A DNA stretch of 64,000 nt from Macrostomum lignano. Its lineage: Eukaryota. Position 1 is the stretch's first letter, and each line of letters opens with the position of its first letter. The notes below the pieces were generated by a model, which was not told the DNA's origin, ran no database searches, and was given only the letters and a program-made list of their open reading frames with translations. The stretch is from positions 62,001 to 126,000 of the forward strand of contig NIVC01000035.1 in the NCBI GenBank assembly GCA_002269645.1. The letters are read 5' to 3'. Shown one piece after another: positions 51,409-64,000 of the stretch. The position numbers and the translations under genes are program-made.

Positions 51409-54400
51409 ATGCAGTCAGCCGAGCTGTATCGAGAGAATGTCAGCGCTTGCTGGCATCAGCAGAGCCCAGGCGATTATAACTATCCCAATCAGCGGGGAAT
51501 TATTCATCGAGGCGATTTCTGGGACACCAGAGGGACGTTTTACACCCGCGACGAGCAGCCTGCAGCTATAAATTACCCGACAGAAATGCAGCAGCAGCAG
51601 AGTCTGCAACAAATTGACAGCTATACTCACTGCCACTCCGGCCCAGGTGGCGGCAGCCTGCCGTCAGCAACTCACGGCAAAGAGCTGGTCAAGCCGCCCT
51701 ACTCTTATATTGCACTGATCACCATGGCGATCACAGCCCAGATTGATAAGAAGATTACCTTGAATGGCATCTATCAGTTCATTATGGACAGGTGAGCTGC
51801 ATGTAGACTTGTTTAACTGGTTGCATGGGTTTTCAAATAAATCTGGGGCAATTGCAATTGCCCTTCTTTTCTCTATGGGATGTATCTTATTTTTTAGCGC
51901 CACAGGCACTCATTTTAGCGCCACAAGCACTCATTTTAGCGCCACAGGCACTCATTTTAGCGCCACAGGCACTCATTTTAGCGCCACAGGCACTCATTTT
52001 AGCGCCACAGGCACTCATTTTAGCGCCACAGGCACTCATTTTAGCGCCACAGGCACTCATTTTAGCGCCACAGGCACTCATTTTAGCGCCGCAGGCACTC
52101 ATTTTAGCGCCACAAGCACTCATTTTAGCGCCACAGGCACTCATTTTAGCGCCACAGGCACTCATTTTAGCGCCACAGGCACTCATTTTAGCGCCGCAGG
52201 CACTCATTTTAGCGCCACAAGCACTCATTTTAGCGCCACAGGCACTCATTTTAGCGCCACAGGCACTCATTTTAGCGCCACAGGCACTCATTTTAGCGCC
52301 ACAGGCGCTATATTTTGGTGCCCTGAAGAAAAATGATTGATTTTCATAACGGGTCACAAGGTGGTGGGGGGTGGGGGGACAAAACATTGGCATGTCCCCC
52401 CAGAGCTTTTACTGGGGGGGACATGTACCCCTGTCCCCCCCCCCCCGGTAGCGACGCCCCTGCCTGCCACTCGGTTCACAAAAATTGATGTCTGCAAAAA
52501 AGAGCTTTAGACCTTCGCTGGTGGCTTTGGTAAAAAGGCCTGTCTGATGAAAATACGTATAATATGGACTTGTTAATCCTGAGGAGGGCTGTAGCCTAGT
52601 GGTTGGAGCGCGCGGACTCATGACTTGAAGATCGGGGGTTCGATTACCGATCCCACTAAGAACAATGTGTGTCCCTGAGCAAGACACTTATCTCTGCATT
52701 GCTTCAGTTCACCCAGCTGTAAAATGGGTCAATCTTTACAAATGATGAATTTAACAATTTAATCGGGAGTTAGAAAAATATGAAAAAAAGCTTTGTATTT
52801 TTTCCCATCAAACTGTGAAGTGAATTTGAAAAAAATGGAAGTCAAGATGACACCAACCGATCATAAAAAACCAATATATTTCATTTGGTTAGAGCTATAA
52901 ACAAAGAGTTTAACAAAGATAAAAAGAATATGCAGATGACAGATTCAAGATAAAGTTGGATAATATTGGTGGCTGATCTGTCAGTCTAGAAGCTGGATCA
53001 GCTGGGAACATTATAGTTTCCATGGGCAATAATGCCTTCGACATGATGGCTAAAATCAGAGCTGTCTGTCAATGCGCCCCATGGGTTGATTTGTTTTTTA
53101 GAGATTATAGGCGCTTAGGGGTATTGAGAGAGGCGCTTAGGGGTATTAAGAGAGGCGCTTAGGGGTATTGAGAGAGGGGTATTGAGAGAGGTATTGAGAT
53201 TGAGAGAGGGGTATTGAGAGAGGCGCTTAGGGGTATTAAGAGAGGCGCTTAGGGGTATTGAGAAGGGCGCTAAGGGGTATTGAGAGAGGCGCTTAGGGGT
53301 ATTAAGAGAGGCGCTTAGGGGTATTGAGAGAGGGGTATTGAGAGAGGTATTGAGATTGAGAGAGGGGTATTGAGAGAGGCGCTTAGGGGTATTAAGAGAG
53401 GCGCTTAGGGGTATTGAGAAGGGCGCTAAGGGGTATTGAGAGAGGCGCTTGGGGGTATTGAGAAGGGCACTAAGGGGTATTGAGAGAGGGGTATTGAGAG
53501 AGGGGTATTGAGAGAGGGGTATTGAGAGAGGGGTATTGAGAGAGGGTATTGAGAGAGGGGTATTGAGAGAGGGGATTGAGAGAGGGGTATTGAGAGAGGG
53601 GTATTGAGAGAGGGGTATTGAGAGAGGGGTATTGAGAGAGGCGCTAAGGGGTATTGAGAGAGGCGCTTAGGGGTATTAAGAGAGGCGCTAAGGGGTATTG
53701 AGAGAGGCGCTTAGGGGTATTGAGAGATTCGCATATAGATAGTGAGATTACTTCATTAAGTCATTTTGTTTGATTCCGATTTCCTATTCTTATCACACTA
53801 CTGCCAACCAACCCATTGTAAGTAGCAAGTTAACCTAAAAAATATATAAAAGAAGAAAATCTGAATTTTCCCAGGTTCCCCTACTATCGGGAGAACAAGC
53901 AGGGCTGGCAGAACTCCATCCGCCACAATCTGTCACTCAACGAGTGCTTCGTCAAGATCGCACGCGAGGACAATCGGCCAGGCAAGGGCAGCTTCTGGAC
54001 GCTGCACCCCGAGGCCTACAACATGTTTGACAACGGCAGCTACTTGAGGCGGAGGCGCCGTTTCAAACGGAGGCGCCACTCTGCGGACAATCAGAGCAAA
54101 AAGGTGCAAATTATGGATTTTAATTGTTTTCTACACATATCGGTGGGGAATTTATTTGAAGATCCATCTCACAGCCGAAGCCATGAAGATAAAGTGAGAC
54201 TTGCTCAAGATGCCATGGACTCAAAGTGAGACTTGCTCAAGATGCCATGGACTCAAAGTGAGACTTGCTCAAGATGCCATGGACTCAAAGTGAGACTTGC
54301 TCAAGATGCCATGGACTCAAAGTGAGACTTGCTCAAGATGCCATGGACTTAAAGTGAGACTTGCTCAAGATGCCATGGACTCAAAGTGGGACTTGCTCAA

Positions 54401-55863
54401 GATGCCATGGACTCAAAGTGAGACTTGCTCAAGATGCCATGGACGCAAAGTGAGACTGGCTCAAGATGCCATGGACTCAAAGTGGGACTTGCTCAAGATG
54501 GAATGGACTCAAAGTGAGACTTGCTCAAGATGCCATGGACTCAAAGTGAGACTTGCTCAAGATGCCATGGACTCAAAGTGGGACTTGCTCAAGATGCCAT
54601 GGACTCAAAGTGAGACTTGCTCAAGATGCCATGGACGCAAAGTGAGACTGGCTCAAGATGCCATGTACTCAAAGTGAGACTTGCTCAAGATGCCATGGAC
54701 TCAAAGTGAGACTTGCTCAAGATGCCATGGACTCAAAGTGAGACTTGCTCAAGATGCCATGGACTCAAAGTGAGACTTGCTCAAGATGCCATGGACTTAA
54801 AGTGAGACTTGCTCAAGATGCCATGGACTCAAAGTGGGACTTGCTCAAGATGCCATGGACTCAAAGTGAGACTTGCTCAAGATGCCATGGACGCAAAGTG
54901 AGACTGGCTCAAGATGCCATGGACTCAAAGTGGGACTTGCTCAAGATGGAATGGACTCAAAGTGAGACTTGCTCAAGATGCCATGGACTCAAAGTGAGAC
55001 TTGCTCAAGATGCCATGGACGCAAAGTGAGACTGGCTCAAGATGCCATGTACTCAAAGTGAGACTTGCTCAAGATGCCATGGACTCAAAGTGAGACTTGC
55101 TCAAGATGCCATGGACTCAAAGTGAGACTTGCTCAAGATGCCATGGACTCAAAGTGAGACTTGCTCAAGATGGCATGGACTCAAAGTGAGACTGGCTCAA
55201 GATGGCATGGACTCAAAGTGAGACTTGCTCAAGATGATATGGACTCAAAGTGAGACTTTCTCAAGATGCCATGGACTCAAAGTGAGACTTGCTCAAGATG
55301 CCCCATGGACTCAAAGTGAGACTTGCTCAAGATGCCCCATGGACTCATAGTGAGACTTGCTCAAGATGCCCCATGGACTCAAAGTGAGACTTGCTCAAGA
55401 TGCCATGGACTCAAAGTGAGACTTGCTCAAGATGACATGGACTCGAAGTGGGAGTTGCTCATGGGACTTCCTAATATTCAATTTTCCAAGACAAAATAGC
55501 CATCATTATAAAATTTCACAAAAACTGTAATTTCAGACGATCAGTCCAACGTCATCTGCTCAGCATCCGGGAAAAACTGATGAAGCAGCAGTGGCACTGC
55601 CCGCCAACAACGCAGCCGCCTCAGAGCGCCATCAATACGGCTGGCACCGCCGCCCAGCAGCCCAATTTGCTCAAGGCGTTGAGGACTCCAGCACTTCAGC
55701 GGCTGCTGCTGCGGCGGCTGCTGCGGCTGCCTTTCAGACCTGCTGGTACGCCGGGCCCTATGGAGTGCAGCATCAGCAGCCTCATCATCAGCAGGGCTAC
55801 AGCCTCCCCAATTATCACCATCAGCCTCATCATCAGAATGAGCACTTTGCGAAATATGCTTAA
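51409..55863 (+). CDS. FoxC: Forkhead box C transcription factor, exons 51409-51791, 53875-54103, 55537-55863 (312 aa)
   Basis: [33 protein letters not shown]|[52 protein letters not shown] is the FoxC signature; phases 2/0 consistent; Ala/His/Gln-rich C-terminus. Confidence 0.92.
51893..52305. repeat. 21-bp minisatellite (cactcattttagcgccacagg) in FoxC intron 1
   Basis: Tandem units followed by a GC-rich MITE-like end ggtagcgacgcccctg near 52448-52463. Confidence 0.95.
52583..52745 (+). mobile_element. tRNA-derived SINE with CORE-like domain
   Basis: A box TAGCCTAGTGG, B box GGTTCGATTAC, then ccctgagcaagacacttatctc...cagctgtaaaatggg, resembling the MIR/CORE-SINE central domain. Confidence 0.65.
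53110..53727. repeat. Compound minisatellite (ggggtattgagaga +/- ggcgctta)
   Basis: Tandem 14/22-bp units in FoxC intron 1. Confidence 0.95.
54185..55460. repeat. 32-bp minisatellite (tgccatggactcaaagtgagacttgctcaaga) filling FoxC intron 2
   Basis: About 40 tandem units. Confidence 0.97.
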
Positions 55864-56427
55864 CGTTTTCTGCTTAATCTCTTTCCCCTCTGCTTTGTAA
55901 CATGGGTGAACGTTTACTATGCGATCAACTATAAAATACAGTTAATTTTCTCTATTTAAGCAACCAAACTTCTTGCATGCTACTTACCTGAAGCCATCAT
56001 CAGTAGGGTAGTTTGAATTTTTAGTCACATTTATTTTATCTCGCTAATAATAAACTGCTACATCATTGTGTTCTGATTGAATTGGAAATCTCTCACCCCA
56101 AGCTCCCGCCTGCAAATGCTGGAGTTGGGTTGTGGCTTTTTGCTTTTTTGTTATTGCTTTCAGATTGATCAAATTCATCTAAATTGTAGAATATCACAAT
56201 TCAAGTACACAATTATAACACTAACTGAAAATGGTAACACTGATTGATGGACAGAAATAATAATATTTAATCTCGAACTCTGAATTTCATTTCAATTTCA
56301 TTGAAGCCGCGTATGGCTGTCAATATATTTTCAAAATTGCTGGGTTAAGTTTTTAAGACAAGTTTATAGGGAAGATCAAGAGAATGTTGCAACAGCAGAA
56401 GACGCCCTGGAAGAAGAGAATCAGTAG

Positions 56428-56820
56428 CAAATATCTAGCTATAATATCTACCATTGTCTATGGCATCTAGCTAGCAAATATCTAGCTATACTATCGATTG
56501 TCTATGGCATTTAGCTACCAAATATCTAGCTATACTATCGATTGTCTATGGCATCTAGCTAGCAAATATCTAGCTATACTATCGATTGTCTATGGCATTT
56601 AGCTACCAAATATCTAGCTATACTATCGATTGTCTATGGCATCTAAGCTAGCAAACATCTAGCTATAATATCTATCCATTGTCTATGGCATCTAAGCTAG
56701 CAAATATCTAGCTAGAATATATACCATTGTCTATGGCATCTAAGCTAGCAAATATCTAGCTAGAATATATACCATTGTATATGGCATCTGAGCTAGCAAA
56801 TATCTAGCTACGATCTATCG
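56428..56820. repeat. About 44-bp minisatellite containing TGTCTATGGCA
   Basis: Unit aatatctagctatactatcgattgtctatggcatctagctagca, about 8 copies. Confidence 0.9.
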
Positions 56821-57167
56821 TTTTGCTAGCCAACTATTGCAACTAAAAGTACAAATTTCTCAGTAATAGAGAAAATTCGGAGCAAAATATTGATCAGAAC
56901 TTCCTTGAAATGCATTGCAACACTCCAACGCTTCAAGTGGTTCAGTTCACAGGGGCGATAAAGGTTCGATGAAGATTAAGGTAGGAAAAGCATCGAAACT
57001 TTTCAACACTGACAAAGTTCCTGATGGATTGCTCGATACGGTATGTTGGGTTCTACTTTGTTCTCAGGCTCAAAATTGATTCATTTTCTTTGCAATTGGC
57101 CAGTGCTTAATACAGTGCATTAGTGCGGCATTAAAGTTTACCGAAATGAAAGCGGAACACAATAAAG

Positions 57168-57955
57168 ATCTACAGCACCTGACACTTGCAGACCTACAGC
57201 ACCTGACACCTGCAGACCTACAGCACCTGACACTTGCAGACCTACAGCACCTGACACCTGCAGACCTACAGCACCTGACACCTGCAGACCTACAGCACCT
57301 GACACCTGCAGACCTACAGCACCTGACACTTGCAGACCTACAGCACCTGACACCTGCAGACCTACAGCACCTGACACCTGCAGACCTACAGCACCTGACA
57401 CCTGCAGACCTACAGCACCTGACACTTGCAGACGTACAGCACCTGACACCTGCAGACCTACAGCACCTGACACCTGCAAACCTACAGTACCTGACACCTG
57501 CAGACCTACAGCACCTGACACCTGCAGACCTACAGCACCTGACACCTGCAGACCTACAGCACCTGACACCTGCAGACCTACAGCACCTGACACCTGCAAA
57601 CCTACAGCACCTGACACCTGCAGACCTACAGCACCTGACACCTGTAGACCTACAGCACCTGACACCTGCAGACCTACAGCATCTGACACCTGTAGACCTA
57701 CAGCACCTGACACCTGCAGACCTACAGCACCTGACACCTGCAAACCTACAGCACCTGACACCTGCAGACCTACAGCACCTGACACCTGCAGACCTACAGC
57801 ACCTGACACCTGCAGACCTACAGCACCTGACACCTGCAAACCTACAGCACCTGACACCTGCAGACCTACAGCACCTGACACCTGTAGACCTACAGCACCT
57901 GACACCTGTAGACCTACAGCACCTGACACCTGCAGACCTACAGAATCTGACACTA
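57168..57955. repeat. 24-bp minisatellite (cagcacctgacacctgcagaccta)
   Basis: Tandem units; source of the DLQHLTPA ORF. Confidence 0.97.
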
Positions 57956-58298
57956 AAGAGCTGACTGCATTGAGAAAGTCTGCATTGAGCTGACCCCAGT
58001 TTTATTTCGATAGACATGGATAACCAAATGAAACAGTCACCACTTTAGCTTAAAAAGCTTACTGGGCTTGGTAAACTGATCCAACAGAGACAGTGACCTA
58101 CATGCCTCAATTGGTTGAAGTGGATTGAAATCGAGTCTAGGAGGTTGAGTCTCTTGATCATATATATGCAGATTCTCTCTGAGACTGAGCTGTGTGGAAT
58201 AAAACGGGGGTGACAGGCTAGCTTGAGTTGCACAGCTTCATTCTCTCCCCCCTTCCTCATCTGACTCAATCATTGGATCAGTCAGTCGACAGCCTGGA

Positions 58299-58437
<139 letters not shown>

Positions 58438-58789
58438 CAATACGCGCGAAAGGCAATTTTTTGAGTGCAGAGACAAAGTCAAGAGAGACAGCGAATAAGT
58501 GCTCCGATCCGAGTGAACGATTGGTCGAGCAGCACATCAACCAATCGATGTGCACTGGAGTTGCCGTTAAACTACGATTGAAATTATTTTTCAGCGAGAG
58601 AATAGTCTTCAGCTCTTCGTAGTAGACAATTTTTGTGTGTCATAAAAAGGTGTTTAACAACTACCTTCGAAAGGCGCTGCTGTCTTTCTAGACTATGTGA
58701 AGGCTGCATCAGAAGTTGAACATTTCGTAATTAAGTGCGACCTTTCTAAAGTCTTGCCGGTAAGTTGACTTATTTCTGTCGAAAAACTA

Positions 58790-58895
58790 CTCAGGCTGAG
58801 GAGCTGGGAGGGCTGTAGTAACTTAGGCTGAGGAGCTGGGAGGGCTGTAGTAACTCAGGCTGAGGAGCTGGGAGGGCTGTAGTAACTCAGGCTGA
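58790..58895. repeat. 32-bp tandem repeat (ctcaggctgaggagctgggagggctgtagtaa), about 3 copies
   Basis: Direct copies visible. Confidence 0.85.
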
Positions 58896-59365
58896 GTATC
58901 TGGGAAGGCGATGGCGACTCAGTCTGCGGATTTTAAACGGATACACAATCTTAACTGAAAATAACTGACCCAGTTTACAAGTTTAATATACTGGATTCAC
59001 GTGCGTCATTCATTGAAGATGAAGTCAGTTTAGAGGTTTGTAGCTAAACCCATTAGGTTAATTATAGCTAAGTCTAATTAGTGCAGCTCGCCTCCTTATA
59101 AATGGATTCATTAGTCAGATTTAAATAAAGTCGCCTTTGTAACATGACGATCTTTAATATGAAAAATATCCGATGGCTTAGAAGTGAGCTTTGCACGAGT
59201 ATGCAGTTCGTCACGAGACTCAATTAGCTAATTGAATCGCCGCCGCTAAGCAAACAAATAAGCAGACGTTTGTGTTTTACAGGCTTTAAGGTACCTGGTA
59301 GCTTAGGCCCGATTGCGTTAAAAGTGAGGATGATAAATACATACGAGTAGATAGATGGAATATGG

Positions 59366-59605
59366 ATGGTGGATGGATGGATGGATGGATGGATGGATGG
59401 ATGGATGGATGGATGGATGGGTGGATGGATGGATGGATGGATGGATGGATGGATGGATGGATGGATGGATGAATGGATGGATGGATGGATGGATGGATGG
59501 ATGGATGGATGGATGGATGGATGGATGGATGGATGGATGGATGGATGGATGGATGGATGGATGGATGGATGGATGGATGGATGGATGGATGGATGGATGG
59601 ATGGG
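59366..59605. repeat. (GGAT)n microsatellite
   Basis: Near-pure run. Confidence 0.98.
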
Positions 59606-62600
59606 TGCATGCATGCATGGATCTATTCAGCAATGTAAGCTGAAATTTGCAAATTTAACTATCAACCAGCTTTTGCCTTCCGTGAAATCAGAATGGTTGC
59701 CAAGTTGGCAAAAGTGCATTTCGCGAGTGCATCCGATGAGGGAAAAACCAGTCGCCGAAATCAACCGCGACACTTCGCGCCCGAACGCCCATGACAATAG
59801 TTTTTCTTCTAGCCCTGTTTTGGGGCCGCACGAAAGGAGAAGGAAGGCATTATAGTATAGCCAAGCCAACGACAAGTCATCGCCAGCCGGCTACCAAACT
59901 CCTCTTTCTCTCCCGGATAAAAAGCTGGTGGCCCAACCGTGGGATCAGCAAACTTCCTGCAGGTTTTAGAGCTGTTTTCCATCCTCCCATTTAGCAGCTT
60001 TGTAGTTTCTGGCTGTGGCAAAAAAAGTTAAGCTGCAGCAGAGAGGGAAGTCTTCATCGCCCAGGTCCGGGGCTGTCAGCTTCTCCGTCCCGCTTATTTT
60101 CTTCCCTCTTCCCTCTACTCTCTCGCACTCCCGTGTTTCCACTGCTAGCGCTGGGCGGGGAAGATCCCAGACCGACGGTCTGAGTCGAATTCCTTTCCTG
60201 TCAGAACCAGCACTCTTCCAACACACCCCGATGCGCTCCTGCTCACTGCTAGGTAATAGCCAGAGCTGCTGGCAGAGCTGCTGGCACCTCCGCATGTAGC
60301 TAAGCTGCATATCCTTCCATTGGAAAAATTCCTTCTCCCCTAGTCACCCAGAGCTGCTATTGTAGCATTTATCTGAGTACCTCTGACAGCTGTTGTCTCG
60401 CCTTTCCCAACCCGTTTAGCCATTTAGCTCAGTGCTTCACTTCATCGCTACAATGTCCCAACCTCATCACTTTTGTCTTATCATCTTTCTTATCGTCTGT
60501 TGACTCAGCGCTACCCTCGTATCTTGCTAAAACCGAGACTTCAGAAATTGAACTTTAAACTAGATAAGTGCGCTATGCAAAATTAAAACTAACAGTGCAT
60601 AGTAATGACTAATTTTTATAGAAAATCGACAGTTTCATAATGGATGATGCTTTCATAGTTCACGCGCACGCACTCGCACGCAGTTGGGTCTAAAAAATTT
60701 TTACCATAACTTTTTTTAGAAAAACTGTCGCCGCCACCAATCAATCTTTGCGTAGACAATCGCCTATAGGCGCATCTCGAGTCTGGGAGAGACAAGGCAG
60801 GGGAGAAAGTCAGAGTGAGATAGCGGTTAGATTAGTCTTGGTCCAATAAATCCCCATTCCGAGTAGCCAGTAGGTCAGGAAGGATGTCAGCAATCCAAGG
60901 AAAAGTTCAGCGTGAGTCTACCGGAGTTGACCGATAGGCTAGTTGGCAGCATCGTGGCAGGCAAATCCAAACTTTGCCATATAGCCCTTAATTAATTACT
61001 TAGAATGTGCTGTGCCGCCGATCGTCCATCCAATTTAGCTTTCGGCTGCTGACATCAGACAATCGTTTTCCGATAAACAAAATAGGAACTAATCGTGACA
61101 AATTGCGTTGAGGAACATCTGACGTGAGAGCGTGAGCATAGTTCCGATACCTTCCTCTAAACTTTTCTTGTGCTTTAGTTAGAAGCCCTATTTAATCGCT
61201 AACGTTTTCTCAAAACTATTTCCTTGAAACCTTTCAAAAATTAAAAATGAATGGAAAACTGAAATAGAATGACGCTACACTCGATTTTCCTAGAAACTGC
61301 TGGTAAGGAAGGTATGTATGTTGTACCGCTAGTTGGATTTAGTATGCTCTGAATAGGGCTTTGCCATAGACAAATTCATTTCGAGATAAATCCACTTGCG
61401 ATGCGATAAATATCCGTCCTCCAGATGGTTTCTAAGAAACTCTAATGTTAGCGTCTTTCCATTGCAATCGTCCCTCATGTCAAGTTTCCACTCAACAATT
61501 CGAGCCAGCAACTATAGATGGACCAGAAATTAGCATTTCAATCGCATTTTATTTCCGGCCTAAAATTATTACTAACAAACTGCCAATGAATCGCCATACC
61601 ATCAAAAGAGCGATTATTTCTTTAGGAAAAACATTGAGGTGGACGCAATGTTACAAGCCAAAACCCCGAAGGGGGGGCTGAAACGCTAGTCAACTATACT
61701 AAAGTGGCTTTAAATGTTGCGACTCTACCTATTTGCACGAATAATTAATACATCTAATGGCATCAGTGAGACACCCATACACATTACTTTTCGGGTTATA
61801 AACCTCCATAGAAGTTTATTACAAGGTAGCAATTGAAACCGTCCGTACAACAAGAAATCGAATGCATTGCTATTAAAAGCAACATGAAATAGGCGATTCG
61901 AAAGAAACGGCGCTAACGCAAGCCAGGCTCGAATTTCAAACAGAAGCTCGAATGATAAAGAAAAAAATTGTTTTCCTTCGTTTTGATGAAGTGTCCTGTT
62001 TCGTTCACGCAATATTGCCGCCGACTAAGCCTCATTGTCGGCTGATGGCTAACCTATCTTTCTCTCTGATCTTCTGCCCGGTACACTGTTCAACACAATT
62101 TCGCCTTGGGAAACTAATTAGCACTGCCAGGTACGTAATATACTTGGAAAAGTGAAAAAGCCCGTGTTAAGAGGTAGAATTATTACTTTGACAAGGTACC
62201 GTACAGCTTTTGGTTGATTAGCATTTTTTTACTATGGCTGACTTCATCTGCTGAGCTTCTAGTAAACTCTCGGGCGTGGTTCAGATTCGATAAGAGGGAA
62301 ATTGTGATTGAGATGGTTAACAGTTTTCACGCACGATCAATGCTATTGTCCGAAGATCCTTAGCTCAAGAAGAAATCCAGCTGTTTCTAACTTTGAATTC
62401 GTTTCGAAGAAAGGATTGCAAGAAAATCGTCGAGACGGGACAAATCGTTGAGGGATTTAGAATTGAAAAAATTCCCTAAAGGCTTACTTCGAATATTCCT
62501 TTTATAGTTTTCCCGACTGCTGAAGCCTTCCACGTCAAAGACAATTTTTATCCGCTCAGGGCAAAAATAGATTTTCCGGTTGCATTTTGGCTCTCTCGTT

Positions 62601-62669
62601 GCATCAGCTCAGCAATAGTATTTAAGGTTTTATGCATATAAGTACAAGTAAAATGCAGACAGATACATT

Positions 62670-63365
<696 letters not shown>

Positions 63366-64000
63366 GGATCTGCGGCCCCGTACTCATTAAACTCCATCAG
63401 CGCTAGGCCATTTCCGCCTGTCATAAAGCTGAATGCCGTAAGTTGAGGCCGATGTGTGGGGGACTCAGAAGCTGCTCAAGATGCAGGAAATCCTATTCTT
63501 CTGGACTGCCAGGCGTCTCGTCCACTTAGCTTTGCACGATAACTGCTCAAAGGACCCCCAGTGGAGCCCCAATTTCCTTTTTGTAGATAGCCAAAATTCT
63601 AAGAAGCGAAATAAATAATCCATAAGCCATGCAGCAGTGACTTTAATTTCGCATATATTCATTCACTCAGTTTGCAATGCGCTGGCTTCTGAAATACGTA
63701 ATTTACAGCGAGTTACAATTCGATCTTAATTAACCTGCACATTTGCACACCAAGCTTTTTTGCCTCCCTCGAACGGGTTTTTGTGAGGTTAAATAGCAGG
63801 AAATTGAGACTGGGTCAGGCCATGTGGGAATTGAGCACTGAACAGCAGTTAGCCAGCAGAAGTAATCCTGTGATTTGGCGAAAATTTTAGCATTAGAAAA
63901 TTTCTTCGACGATGGACAGTCATGGCAGGCAGCCAAGTGGCTTGCTGTACGGTCCTATATGCTATGCGGTAACGAAATTATATTGCTATGAGTATGTCTC

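Noticed and set aside
59966-60310. Short ORFs on both strands as a gene or LINE fragment
   Set aside because: No recognisable motif or splice structure.

Overview
Eukaryotic (invertebrate) genomic DNA, very rich in micro- and minisatellites. It resembles a free-living flatworm such as Macrostomum, but that is an inference from repeat content and roughly 80-nt minimal introns only. Four host genes can be built by hand: (1) a 13-exon macroglobulin complement-related (Mcr/CD109-like TEP) gene, 3063-14274 (+); (2) a probable RFamide neuropeptide precursor, 34525-34773 (-); (3) a PH + IRS-type PTB adaptor, 39466-41530 (-), 5' exon not found; (4) a 3-exon FoxC, 51409-55863 (+). Between Mcr and the adaptor lies a transposon nest (about 15.8-36.7 kb). 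Its most striking part is an array of four divergent Crypton-type tyrosine recombinase genes, all on the minus strand, arranged as two tandem pairs. Each gene sits in a 1.6-2.2 kb unit delimited by TCTATGG. Junctions share the motif CGTGCAGGAATG-N6-TCTATGG, and tiny TATGG-bounded non-coding units, hairpins and motif-bearing satellites lie between the genes. This looks like an integron-like cassette array built by site-specific integration (inference). One copy has an intact ORF, and two carry an intron between the catalytic His and Tyr. Every recognisable transposon coding remnant in the nest (Crypton, Merlin, mariner, Tc1-like, Gypsy gag) and a tRNA-SINE is on the minus strand. All family calls come from motif recognition by eye; no database search was run.
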